32,000 nt of DNA from Terrimicrobiaceae bacterium. GTDB taxonomy: Bacteria > Verrucomicrobiota > Verrucomicrobiia > Chthoniobacterales > Terrimicrobiaceae. A program made the position numbers and the translations under genes. The notes beneath the pieces are model-generated. The model was not told the DNA's origin. It did not search any database and saw only the letters and a list, made by a program, of their open reading frames with translations. The DNA lies in assembly GCA_041744075.1 (NCBI GenBank), contig JBGTLQ010000373.1:1-32000 (forward strand). The letters are read 5' to 3'. Below are positions 1-8,292 of this stretch, piece by piece (the first letter of the stretch is position 1; each line of letters opens with the position of its first letter).

Positions 1-393
1 CTCCGGTTCCCCTTTCAATCCTTGCAGCCTGGTGGGTTGGAGCGTGAGAGTTTGGTGCGATGGTTTCTTCACAGAGATTTGGCGGCGCTCCCTGAGGTCC
101 TTCAAAGCGAGACGCTTCGTGCCGGCCAGTGGATCGATGAATGCCAGAGCCGCGCAGACTCCTAACGAACGCAGTTTGAGGCTGTGGAAGTCCCGGGAGG
201 CAATCACCCCTTCCTGCCCGGTCAGGGCCACATCGATGTCCCCGGCTTTCGGCGCATCGATCTGTTCCTTGGGAGACATGTCATTCAACTTGAGCGTCAG
301 CTCCAGATGCGTTTGGCGCAGACCTTCCATCGCACCCTTGGCTGAGGGACTGTGGTTTGGAAGCTTGAATTTCCAGCACATGAACAGGCAGTA
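1..393 (-). pseudogene. LysR-family regulator fragment. Only the effector-binding domain is present; it runs off the left edge and the N-terminal HTH is absent.
   Basis: This is my own minus-strand translation; it is not in the ORF track because it exits the window: ...SAKGAMEGLRQTHLELTLKLNDMSPKEQIDAPKAGDIDVALTGQEGVIASRDFHSLKLRSLGVCAALAFIDPLAGTKRLALKDLRE... This fits the LysR substrate-domain pattern (V-L-x-L ... G-x-lDvAl ... hPLa ... L-x-dL). There is an in-frame TGA at 396-394. No winged-HTH-like sequence appears in any minus frame upstream. Confidence 0.4.
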
Positions 394-401
394 TCAAGCC
401 C

Positions 402-681
402 ATGCGTCTTATTCTTATTGGAGCAACCGGCACCATCGGCCAGGCAATCGCACGAAACCTCTCGGAACGGCATGAGGTTCTTGGGGTGGGCTGCGGCTTT
501 AGGAATGCCAAAGGCAATCCGTGTGAATGCGGTGTCCCCACCGTGGGTCTCTGAGACACTGGAGGCGCTGGGACGTGATCCCTCGACCGGCCTCTCGGCG
601 TCAGCCGTGGCACGGGCGTACGCGGCAAGTGTGGAGGGCACGATGACAGGTGAAGTTCTCGACGCACGCGATTATAAATAA
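402..681 (+). pseudogene. Remnant of a short-chain dehydrogenase/reductase (SDR) with an internal deletion and a frame change.
   Basis: ATG 402 opens a Rossmann N-terminus, MRLILIGATGTIGQAIARNLSERHEVLGVG (the TGxxGxxG-type motif). That frame stops shortly after. A different frame (ORF 352..681) carries an SDR C-terminus from about 484: AAALGMPKAIRVNAVSPPWVSETLEALG...ARAYAASVEGTMTGEVLD. The central ~110 codons, which would include the catalytic S-Y-K region, are missing. Confidence 0.6.
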
Positions 682-978
682 CGTCAGAACACCCGCATAG
701 GTTGGTATTGGCCCAACACCATTGAGATCAACTCCCAAGGAGATGTGTGATGAAAAGATGAGGCAACGAAGAGTTGACGGCCCCGCAGGCGCGGGGCCAG
801 CGTTCCCCCAAAAGAAGCCCCCCACTTTTAAGCCTACCCCCCATGGAGATATTAAAATTTCCGCCCCGAGCCCCCGATATTTGCCAAACAATAATTGGTG
901 AGGCGCTCCCAAATATCAAAGCAATGATATTTTTCGTTGAACAGGCATCTATCTCATGAGAAGATCAAAAATTCTTCT

Positions 979-3522
979 ATGTTAACCCCCGAAGCCCGCC
1001 CCTTTCCCTCATCGATTCCGCAAGCACCTGTTCCTACCGGTTACGCGTTGCGGGATGTGCAGTTGGAATTAAGTCTCAAGCCATTTTGGGATAATAGTGA
1101 TGAAACTCGCGATGGCGTTTGCCGGGAGTTGTTCACGCAGTGGCTGCCGCTTTTGCGATATGCGGATTCCATTTCTGTGATGCTCTTGCTGGGGGATGGG
1201 AGCGAGATCCTCGAATACACGGGGAATTTGGCCCAAGAAATGGAATGGGCGCGTTATATCGGAACCGCGAACCCTCATCACTGGCCTCAGGGTCAGCGCT
1301 CTTCGAATCCTGATCCCGACCATGAAGGCATTGGCAGAAATGTCGCTGCCTTGGACCCCGAGCGAAAAGACACCCATCAGCGTGGGTATCTCTATCGTCC
1401 CAACCCTGCTCAGTTTTCCTATGCTTGGTTGGCAGGTCTTGTTGCCGCTCTAAAAAGCATTGGCGCAGAAGTGACCGGCAAACGGATTCTTGTGGGGGAT
1501 ATCTTCGATATCGGGCCGGAGTTTGCGAAATCAAAGTTTAAGTACGAATGGCATCGCGAAATTCTTGGCAAAGGCGCACTCTTTGGCGGTCAATTTATAT
1601 CCTGTGAAGCGGTCTTGGAAGCTGACTCAAGGACCTATGCCGGGTACCCGCAGGGGATACCCGCTGGCACACCATTCGGCGCGTTTTTGGGGCGGCAAAC
1701 CCGTCGGTTTTTTGAGGATTGTGGACTGGATTTCTTGTGGCTCTCAAATGGTTTTGGTTTTGGTCTGGAACCATGGTCGCTTGTTGGCCAAGTCTTTGAC
1801 GGCTTGCAGTTCGATCAAAGCAACGCTGCGGGGGTCTCAGCCAGGATTCTGAAATTCTGGGAACATCTGCGCAGTGAACTCCCCACAAAATACCGAATTC
1901 GAACGCGAGGAACCAACTTTGGTGTCGGTACGGATCTCTCCTCGGACGCTTCTCCTTTGCGAGCTATTTATGCCGGGGATTTTGCTGTTGATGCGCCCGT
2001 CAACTCGCCATGGGCCTCCATCGACCAAGACATTGGTGTCGAACTCAGCGGTTGGATGGCCCGGATTGCGCAAAGGCCGGGAGAGGGATATCGGTTTCGA
2101 TTCTACATCCATGACCCATGGTGGATGAATAGTCCTTGGTTGGATCGCTTCGAACGCTCTGCCCATGAACTTGTGCTTCCGGGTGCCGTTTCCCGCTTGA
2201 AAGCTGATGGCACGACGGAACCACCCTGCGATGTGGCTTTTCTTTCGGTGGATGATTCTTTCGGTCGCCTTCCCCCGCAGGTCCCCAACGAGGTCATCCC
2301 ACAACTGCTGCGCGTGCGTGAGTTCGTTCCTGATGGCGCAGGCCCTCTCGTGTGGGTTTATCCCTTTGATGATTTCCATGACTACGTCCTGGGTGACGGC
2401 CCCTCACGTCCCGAGTTGCCCATCTTTGGAGACTGGTTTGCGCGAAGTCTGATTAATGAAGGTGTTCCTCTCAATCAGGTGGCCGATGCCGGAGAGTTTG
2501 CGGAGGCCGTCCAAGCTGGGCGTTTGCCATTAGGCGTTATTCCCGTGTCGCCTGTACCACGTCCCAACTCTGCGCACGAAAAAGCTCTGCTGGCACATGT
2601 GAAATCCGGGGGCGATGTTTTGCTCTATGGCCCTTTAGAGGCGGATTCAGAACTGACAGCCGCGCTCGGCATGAAGCTTGCCGAACCTCTGGAAGGAGAC
2701 TTCCAATTGCTGGGAAAGGATTCCCGTGTGATCCGTCATACAGGCACTTTCTCCGGCGGACCCTGGAGAGAAGCAACCACATCCGTAACAAACAATCTCT
2801 GGTCAGTTTCAGCGCAGTGTGATGGCAAAGAACGCTTGGCCGGTTTTGTGCACAAGACGGTGTCCGGGGGACGTTGGGCTTGGCTTCGAGGCTCACTCAC
2901 CACCGCCGAATTTCATCCTGCCAACCCCAAACCAATTCTTGGCCCTTTGCTGAAACCTCTGCCGCGGGCAAAATTTTTTCCCAGCGAACGTTTCGCGATT
3001 CAGGCTCTCCGTGCACTGGGTTGGTCAATTCAAATCAACCGAAAAAATGAGGACGCAAGAGCTCCATTCACTGTGCTTCACAGACACCGCAATGCGTTGA
3101 TCGCCGGCAATTTTTTTCCAGCTCCCCATGTCGATCTCTCCCTGACCACACCGCTTGGGGCACCGCTTTTTGTTCCCGGCAACAACACGATCGTTGAGGG
3201 GCACACAGTGATTCCTCATGGGCCAGCCGGGCAACGGGAATGCCGATGGTTTGTTGAAGGACAGACCTCAGGCACCATCCGCGCCCGATTGCTCCACCCA
3301 GGCATGCCAGAAGTCCGGCGGCGTTACCTCCTCAGCGGCTTGGAAAATGCCACGGTTCGGTTTCTCCCCGAACCCGAAACCGAGGACGCGCTCCGCGTTG
3401 TCCTCAACCCTATCTTTCCCTACTTCTTGGACCAGACTCACCCCACCAAAATCGAGGACTCCCCATGGGGTCCTTTGGTCATGCTGCCCCATGTGACGGG
3501 TGAACTGCTTTTCGAATGGTGA
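979..3522 (+). CDS. Large uncharacterised cytoplasmic protein, possibly a TIM-barrel glycoside-hydrolase/phosphorylase-like enzyme.
   Basis: A long uninterrupted ORF (937..3522, 861 aa). The first ATG is at 979 (MLTPEARP...) and the track start at 937 is TTG. No signal peptide is visible. The N-terminal half has alternating beta/alpha-like segments (LELSLKPFW, VMLLLGDGSE, ILVGDIFDIGPEF, DFLWLSNGFGFG, RIRTRGTN, FRFYIHDPWW). A central segment, HEKALLAHVKSGGDVLLYGPL, resembles the alpha/beta middle domain of GH42/GH112-type enzymes. The C-terminus is beta-rich. I recognise no family. Confidence 0.75.
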   Translation: MLTPEARPFPSSIPQAPVPTGYALRDVQLELSLKPFWDNSDETRDGVCRELFTQWLPLLRYADSISVMLLLGDGSEILEYTGNLAQEMEWARYIGTANPHHWPQGQRSSNPDPDHEGIGRNVAALDPERKDTHQRGYLYRPNPAQFSYAWLAGLVAALKSIGAEVTGKRILVGDIFDIGPEFAKSKFKYEWHREILGKGALFGGQFISCEAVLEADSRTYAGYPQGIPAGTPFGAFLGRQTRRFFEDCGLDFLWLSNGFGFGLEPWSLVGQVFDGLQFDQSNAAGVSARILKFWEHLRSELPTKYRIRTRGTNFGVGTDLSSDASPLRAIYAGDFAVDAPVNSPWASIDQDIGVELSGWMARIAQRPGEGYRFRFYIHDPWWMNSPWLDRFERSAHELVLPGAVSRLKADGTTEPPCDVAFLSVDDSFGRLPPQVPNEVIPQLLRVREFVPDGAGPLVWVYPFDDFHDYVLGDGPSRPELPIFGDWFARSLINEGVPLNQVADAGEFAEAVQAGRLPLGVIPVSPVPRPNSAHEKALLAHVKSGGDVLLYGPLEADSELTAALGMKLAEPLEGDFQLLGKDSRVIRHTGTFSGGPWREATTSVTNNLWSVSAQCDGKERLAGFVHKTVSGGRWAWLRGSLTTAEFHPANPKPILGPLLKPLPRAKFFPSERFAIQALRALGWSIQINRKNEDARAPFTVLHRHRNALIAGNFFPAPHVDLSLTTPLGAPLFVPGNNTIVEGHTVIPHGPAGQRECRWFVEGQTSGTIRARLLHPGMPEVRRRYLLSGLENATVRFLPEPETEDALRVVLNPIFPYFLDQTHPTKIEDSPWGPLVMLPHVTGELLFEW

Positions 3523-3581
3523 AATCACCTGATCATAGTTCCAAAGTCCTAACATATTCTAATCCCATCACATCCCCTGAC

Positions 3582-5915
3582 ATGCATTTATATCACCCCA
3601 CTCGTTTAGCCTTCTCGAAGTGCCTGGCCACACTCTTCCTCAGCATTGGCCTCACATATCCCCTCATTGCTGCCACTTATCACATTGATTTTGCCGGAGG
3701 AAATAACCAAGCCGATGGGCTTTCGCCTCAAACGGCTTGGAAGCATAGCCCTGGTGATAAAAATGCGACGGACAATCCCAAAGCGGTCACCCTCGTTGGG
3801 GGAGATACGGTTCTTTTTAAAGGCGGTGTGACCTACTTCGGAGAAATCGAACTGCTGGTGTCTGGCACAAAGGATAATCCAATCATATTGGACGGAAATT
3901 CTGCCGGGACGTTTGGTGAAGGCCGCGCCATTCTCGATGGAGCGCAGACAATCAGCGATTGGAAGCAAGCAGAGTCCGCAGATGCGGTGCTGGGCAACCC
4001 CCGTTGGAAAGAGATCATGTTTGCAGATCTCGATGTGGATCTATCCAGCAATTTCAACCATGAGGGCTTTGTGCTTCATCGTGACAACAACGTGACCCGT
4101 CAAGCTCCGTGGCAACGCGTCTTCCTGATTGATGGTGAGCGGAAGGTCTTGCCAATTGCACAGCAGCCGAAACCCAAGGACGATTTTTACCCTGACATTC
4201 CTGATGATTTTTATGTAGCGCCCCACCAACTCGCCGATAGCTACCCGCACAAAATTTATTATGAAGAAGGCACCGTTGGAAATCGGACCGCACCGTTAAT
4301 CTCGATCACCTTTGGAGGAAAAAATTCCCCAGTGATCCAGCCAATGAATGGAGGAAAGGTGTCTGTTGATCTGGCCAAACCTGACACCATCGCCGAGATC
4401 GGGTTCACCCTGTTTCGCCCGGCAACCACGCCAGCCCCGGAACACATTGTGTTTTTTGCTGATGACAAAGAAGTCCTTAAAGCCACGGTTAATGCGAGTG
4501 ACAACCAAATGCAGCGGTTTGCCCTTCCAAGTCCCATTGAGGCGAAAAAGCTCACATTCCAATTGCTGACCTCTGACCCCAAGGCTCCCGTCTGGACAAA
4601 GTTGCAGCAACTCGCGGCGTTCACGCCGGACGGAACCAACATCATCCAACACGAAGTTTTTAGTGTCATTCAGGACGAGGAGCGAATCACCCAAGAAGAT
4701 CCGAAGTGGTATGACAGCATGTTTGTCGGCGTTCATGGCGGCAACAACCACGTGTATTTCTCGAGGGTGACAAACTACAAACCAGGCACGAATCGGCTTC
4801 AAACCCCTCATTTTGCCTGCACAACATATCCCACCACCAAGTATGCTTTGTACAACTCTCCCAAATTCCTCGAAACGCCTGGCGAGTGGTGCCTGCAGTC
4901 CTTGGAGAATGGAAAAACACGCATCTTTTTGCTACCCGAAAACCTCAAAAATGGACAGCCGGTGAACATCGGATACCCGGTGCTAAAAAACGGCATTGTG
5001 TTTGATGAGGGGGCCTCCCATATCGAGGTCAGAGGCTTTCTGCTCCAGCGCTACGCTGCTGGAACTGGAGCGGTGGCGTCCGTGGGACGAGGGGATTCAA
5101 AGTCCGCCCATCTGCTGATAGCAGATTGCGAGGTTCGATTTGTCAGCGCCAACGCAGGCATCAGCTTAAACTACGCCGAGGAGGTGGCCGTGGAAGATTG
5201 TTTCATCCATCATTGCCCCGGCTGGACGGTGGGAATCTACGTAAACCGGGTGAGCAATTTCCGTCTGAGCCGCAACCGGCTGGATACAAACTCAGGTTCG
5301 GGCATTCGCCACTACGAATCCAAAAATGGGGCGCTCGAAGACAATGTGATTCTCAACCACTTTGGCATGCATTCCTCCTCAGTGAATCTATACGAGGGCT
5401 GCCGCGATATCCGCCTCGAGGGCAACTATATTCAGAACACAGTCGCCATCAATCGCAGCGCGGAAAATTTGGTGTTTCGCAACAACGTCATCGACGGGCT
5501 CGGCAAATCCACTGTGGCGGTGGCCATGTGGACCAGCGGGAAGGTCGGTGGACGCACACTCAAAAACATCGAATTTGTGAACAATACCTTCGTCAACACC
5601 GATAAAAACGCAACGTGGTCAGCCGCCATTTTTGGACAACAAAAAGGCACGCCGAGTTCGCCAGAGGGATTGGTCATTCGAAACAATATCCTCGATGGCC
5701 TCGGCCAAGATCTACCTGGAATCATTGAAAACAACATTTTTACCCGCAAGGTTGAGGATCGCTTTATGGGCAAAGACTGCGTGGTGGACACCGATCTGAA
5801 CGCCCTGTTTATCAACCCGGCCGAAGGCGATTTCCAACGCAAACCAGGCGGTCCAAAAATGGACGTCGGTGCGAATGTGCCCCCGCCTTCAGTGGTGCGA
5901 GCACCTGCCCCCTGA
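3582..5915 (+). CDS. Secreted or anchored right-handed parallel beta-helix repeat protein (pectate-lyase fold).
   Basis: ORF 3516..5915. The likely start is ATG 3582, giving MHLYHPTRLAFSKCLATLFLSIGLTYPLIAA, which is signal-peptide-like. It is followed by YHIDFAGGNNQADGLSPQTAWKH, a typical opening of beta-helix proteins. The C-terminal half has repeated coils: LSRNRLDTNSGSGIRHY, LEDNVILNHFG, LEGNYIQNTVAI, FRNNVIDGLG, FVNNTFVNTD, IRNNILDGLG. Confidence 0.85.
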   Translation: MHLYHPTRLAFSKCLATLFLSIGLTYPLIAATYHIDFAGGNNQADGLSPQTAWKHSPGDKNATDNPKAVTLVGGDTVLFKGGVTYFGEIELLVSGTKDNPIILDGNSAGTFGEGRAILDGAQTISDWKQAESADAVLGNPRWKEIMFADLDVDLSSNFNHEGFVLHRDNNVTRQAPWQRVFLIDGERKVLPIAQQPKPKDDFYPDIPDDFYVAPHQLADSYPHKIYYEEGTVGNRTAPLISITFGGKNSPVIQPMNGGKVSVDLAKPDTIAEIGFTLFRPATTPAPEHIVFFADDKEVLKATVNASDNQMQRFALPSPIEAKKLTFQLLTSDPKAPVWTKLQQLAAFTPDGTNIIQHEVFSVIQDEERITQEDPKWYDSMFVGVHGGNNHVYFSRVTNYKPGTNRLQTPHFACTTYPTTKYALYNSPKFLETPGEWCLQSLENGKTRIFLLPENLKNGQPVNIGYPVLKNGIVFDEGASHIEVRGFLLQRYAAGTGAVASVGRGDSKSAHLLIADCEVRFVSANAGISLNYAEEVAVEDCFIHHCPGWTVGIYVNRVSNFRLSRNRLDTNSGSGIRHYESKNGALEDNVILNHFGMHSSSVNLYEGCRDIRLEGNYIQNTVAINRSAENLVFRNNVIDGLGKSTVAVAMWTSGKVGGRTLKNIEFVNNTFVNTDKNATWSAAIFGQQKGTPSSPEGLVIRNNILDGLGQDLPGIIENNIFTRKVEDRFMGKDCVVDTDLNALFINPAEGDFQRKPGGPKMDVGANVPPPSVVRAPAP

Positions 5916-5961
5916 CGTAACAGTTTAGCCCAATAGGTTAACCTTCGGACCTCGGTTCGGG

Positions 5962-6026
5962 GTCAGTCCATTTTTTTGCTTTTTTTCAGTCATCGGTCGA
6001 AAAAATGACAAGAAAAAAGGACTGGT
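5962..6026. terminator. Candidate bidirectional terminator hairpin between convergent genes.
   Basis: CAGTCC...GGACTG outer arms enclose TTTTTTCAGTCAT-cggtcgaaaaa-ATGACAAGAAAAAA (GTCAT/ATGAC core with T-run/A-run flanks). It lies in the 125-bp gap between the stops of the beta-helix gene (5915) and the P450 gene (6041). The stems are short and imperfect. Confidence 0.3.
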
Positions 6027-6040
6027 ACCAAAAACCGCCG

Positions 6041-7183
6041 TCAGCGAAGAAAACTCACTTGCAGAGCGTCGAATCCAACACTCCGGGTATAATCCACCTC
6101 TTTCTCGAGGTGTTCCTTACATCCATGGAATTCGATGCCGGTAAGATCGTTGGCCAGCACCTTGATCAGCGCTCGCATGACCGCCCTCGCATGGTGCGCA
6201 CCAAGGCAGACATGTGGACCAAATCCAAACGCGATGTGAGGGTTCGGTTTTCGATCCAGTCGGACGTCATCGGGTGATTCAAAAAATTCCTCGTCCCGGT
6301 TCGCTGAAGCCCAGCACAGTGACACGCGTCCACCCGCCTCCACCGAATGCCCATGCACCTCGGCATGTCGGGGGCAGACCCTTCCGATATGTGTGAGCGG
6401 TGTGACAACGCGGAAAAATTCCTCTGCTGCTGTGGGAATTGCTTCTGGGTGCTCGCGCATGCAGAGCAGGGCCTCTGGGTGAATCGAAAAATAATGCACG
6501 ATACCCGCAACAGTTTGGATGATCGTGTCTCTTCCGCCCGCAAACATGATATTTGCGTAGCCCAACATTTCTTCACGTGTCAGGGGCCGTCCATCGATGG
6601 AGGCGGTCCCAACTATGCTAAAAAAATCTTCACCTGGATTTGCGATGGCTGCGTCGAACATCGCGTTACAGTAAGCCTCCATGTGGGGGCCTTTTGACGT
6701 TCCATCCCCCACCTTGAAAACGTGGACCCCCCAGCTAATCCATGTCTTCGCCTCGGATTCGTTGACATTCATCAAATACGCCAAAGCGTAGGATTGGAGG
6801 GGGACTGCAAAATCGTGAATGATTTCTACAGGGGTGCCACGGTCTGCGCAGGCCTTCACGAGCCGAGAGGCCAAGCGCTCAAGCCGGTCCCGAAACTCTG
6901 GCGTTCGGGGTTGGAGAAAAAACGGCTCGACCAGCTTCCGATAACCCGCATGCACCGGAGGGTCAACCTCCAACGGGTATTGTCGAACAGTCCTCACTTC
7001 TTCCTCGGAGGGAATTGGAACGCGACGCGGTGCGTCCGAACTCAGCGTCTGCCAATCTTTTGTCGCCTCGCGCAACTCGCGCATGCGAAGAATCATGGGG
7101 ATTTTCTCACCCTGAAATTCAGCCACCAAGACGGGGGCTTCCTTGCGAGCTTCTCGAAATGGGTCACGGGGGTCGGATGTCAT
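6041..7183 (-). CDS. Cytochrome P450 monooxygenase.
   Basis: Heme-thiolate loop FGFGPHVCLGAHHAR (FxxGxxxCxG). ExxR motif in AAEEFFRV. I-helix-like FAGGRDTI. The 380-aa ORF has an ATG start. Confidence 0.95.
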   Translation of the reverse strand: MTSDPRDPFREARKEAPVLVAEFQGEKIPMILRMRELREATKDWQTLSSDAPRRVPIPSEEEVRTVRQYPLEVDPPVHAGYRKLVEPFFLQPRTPEFRDRLERLASRLVKACADRGTPVEIIHDFAVPLQSYALAYLMNVNESEAKTWISWGVHVFKVGDGTSKGPHMEAYCNAMFDAAIANPGEDFFSIVGTASIDGRPLTREEMLGYANIMFAGGRDTIIQTVAGIVHYFSIHPEALLCMREHPEAIPTAAEEFFRVVTPLTHIGRVCPRHAEVHGHSVEAGGRVSLCWASANRDEEFFESPDDVRLDRKPNPHIAFGFGPHVCLGAHHARAVMRALIKVLANDLTGIEFHGCKEHLEKEVDYTRSVGFDALQVSFLR

Positions 7184-7294
7184 AGTGGAGGAATGATTAA
7201 AATACTACTCAACAATATAACGCGTCTCCCCATGGAATCTTGCATGACGTTGTCAGATACTGATACTATTTTGATTAAAATAGCAGAATTTCCG

Positions 7295-8140
7295 ATGAAA
7301 GTGTGTTTTGAGACTATCAGTGCTGAAACATGCCATAGGCTTGTTTGCAGGCGATTTACAACTGCGGGGTTTCGTCATCCCTTTCACTACCATCCAGAAA
7401 TCGAAATCACCTATATTGAAAAAGGCAGGGGCACGCGCGTAATAGGCGGGCATCTTGGCCGTTTCGAGCCGGGTGATCTCGTCTTAATAGGGGCAAACGT
7501 TCCCCATGTTTATCGCCGTGATGCAGACTTTCTTGGATCTGCCATCTCGGAGGTGATGCACATTCATCCAATTTTACTAAGTGCTTTGGCGGAATCGATT
7601 CCCGATTTGCGGCGCCTCGTGGGGGTCGGATGTGGAGTGAGTTTCGATCGAAAAACAGCCACACAAGCGGAAAGGATACTACGACGTGCTCGTGAGACGC
7701 AGGCTGAGTTGGAACGATGGCAGTGGTTTTTCGAGTTGGCGCACATCCTCACAACATCCTGCGACCATCTCACTCTTGGGGGAGCGACGGACTATCGGCC
7801 CGTGCGGGCTGCGAGGTCCCATCGGATGGACCGTGTGTGTCAGTTTGTTGTCGAGCACTTTGCGGAAGACCTGCGCCAGCGGGACCTTGCCACGCGTGCA
7901 CACATGAGTCCCGAACATTTCAGCCGCGAGTTTCTCCGTGCAACGCGCCGGACATTCACCGAGTTCCTGCGGGATCTGCGTATGGGACATGCCCGCCGAC
8001 TGCTGCTTGAAACCGATCGAACGATTGTTGACCTCGCGCTTGAGTGCGGGTTCACCAACCTCTCTAATTTCAATCGCCAGTTCCTGAGAAAGGAGGGATG
8101 CACGCCAAGGGAATTCCGCCGACGCGGCAACGCGCTTTAA
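7295..8140 (+). CDS. AraC/XylS-family transcriptional regulator with an N-terminal cupin domain.
   Basis: C-terminal double HTH: LATRAHMSPEHFSREFLRATRRTFTEFLRDLRMGHARRLLLETDRTIVDLALECGFTNLSNFNRQFLRKEGCTPREFRR. Cupin-like N-terminus: FHYHPEIEITYIEKGRGTRVIGG...GDLVLIGANVPHVY. The track ORF begins at 6722, but everything before 7184 is antisense to the P450 gene. In-frame ATGs occur at 7194, 7232 and 7295. I chose 7295 because palindromes sit just upstream of it. Confidence 0.9.
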   Translation: MKVCFETISAETCHRLVCRRFTTAGFRHPFHYHPEIEITYIEKGRGTRVIGGHLGRFEPGDLVLIGANVPHVYRRDADFLGSAISEVMHIHPILLSALAESIPDLRRLVGVGCGVSFDRKTATQAERILRRARETQAELERWQWFFELAHILTTSCDHLTLGGATDYRPVRAARSHRMDRVCQFVVEHFAEDLRQRDLATRAHMSPEHFSREFLRATRRTFTEFLRDLRMGHARRLLLETDRTIVDLALECGFTNLSNFNRQFLRKEGCTPREFRRRGNAL

Positions 8141-8292
8141 TCCGAACCCGCCGCACAGGCACAGAGACGCAGATGAGAAGAGTGGAAAGCAGATAAACCA
8201 AGTACCGCGAATGGACAGGCATTTAATCACTCTTCCACTGACCCACCATTTATGGCGGGCATTTTTGGTCCAGCCGTAGGACAATTAGAGCT

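Noticed and set aside
779-798. A perfect GC hairpin GGCCCCGC-aggc-GCGGGGCC, considered as a terminator for the SDR remnant.
   Set aside because: No U-tract follows on the plus strand, and only a weak TCTTTTC follows on the minus strand. The upstream gene is a pseudogene, so I left this uncalled.
6722-7183. The N-terminal ~155 codons of the 472-aa track ORF that ends as the AraC regulator.
   Set aside because: This part is exactly antisense to the well-supported P450 gene and has no AraC or cupin similarity. The real regulator starts after 7183.
8141-8292. A search for an SOS/LexA-type operator upstream of polB, including the TGTTC-N4-GAACA type I recall for Verrucomicrobia.
   Set aside because: No such palindrome is present. 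Only an 8-bp inverted repeat, GAAGAGTG…CACTCTTC, with a ~45-nt spacer was seen, which is too weak to call.
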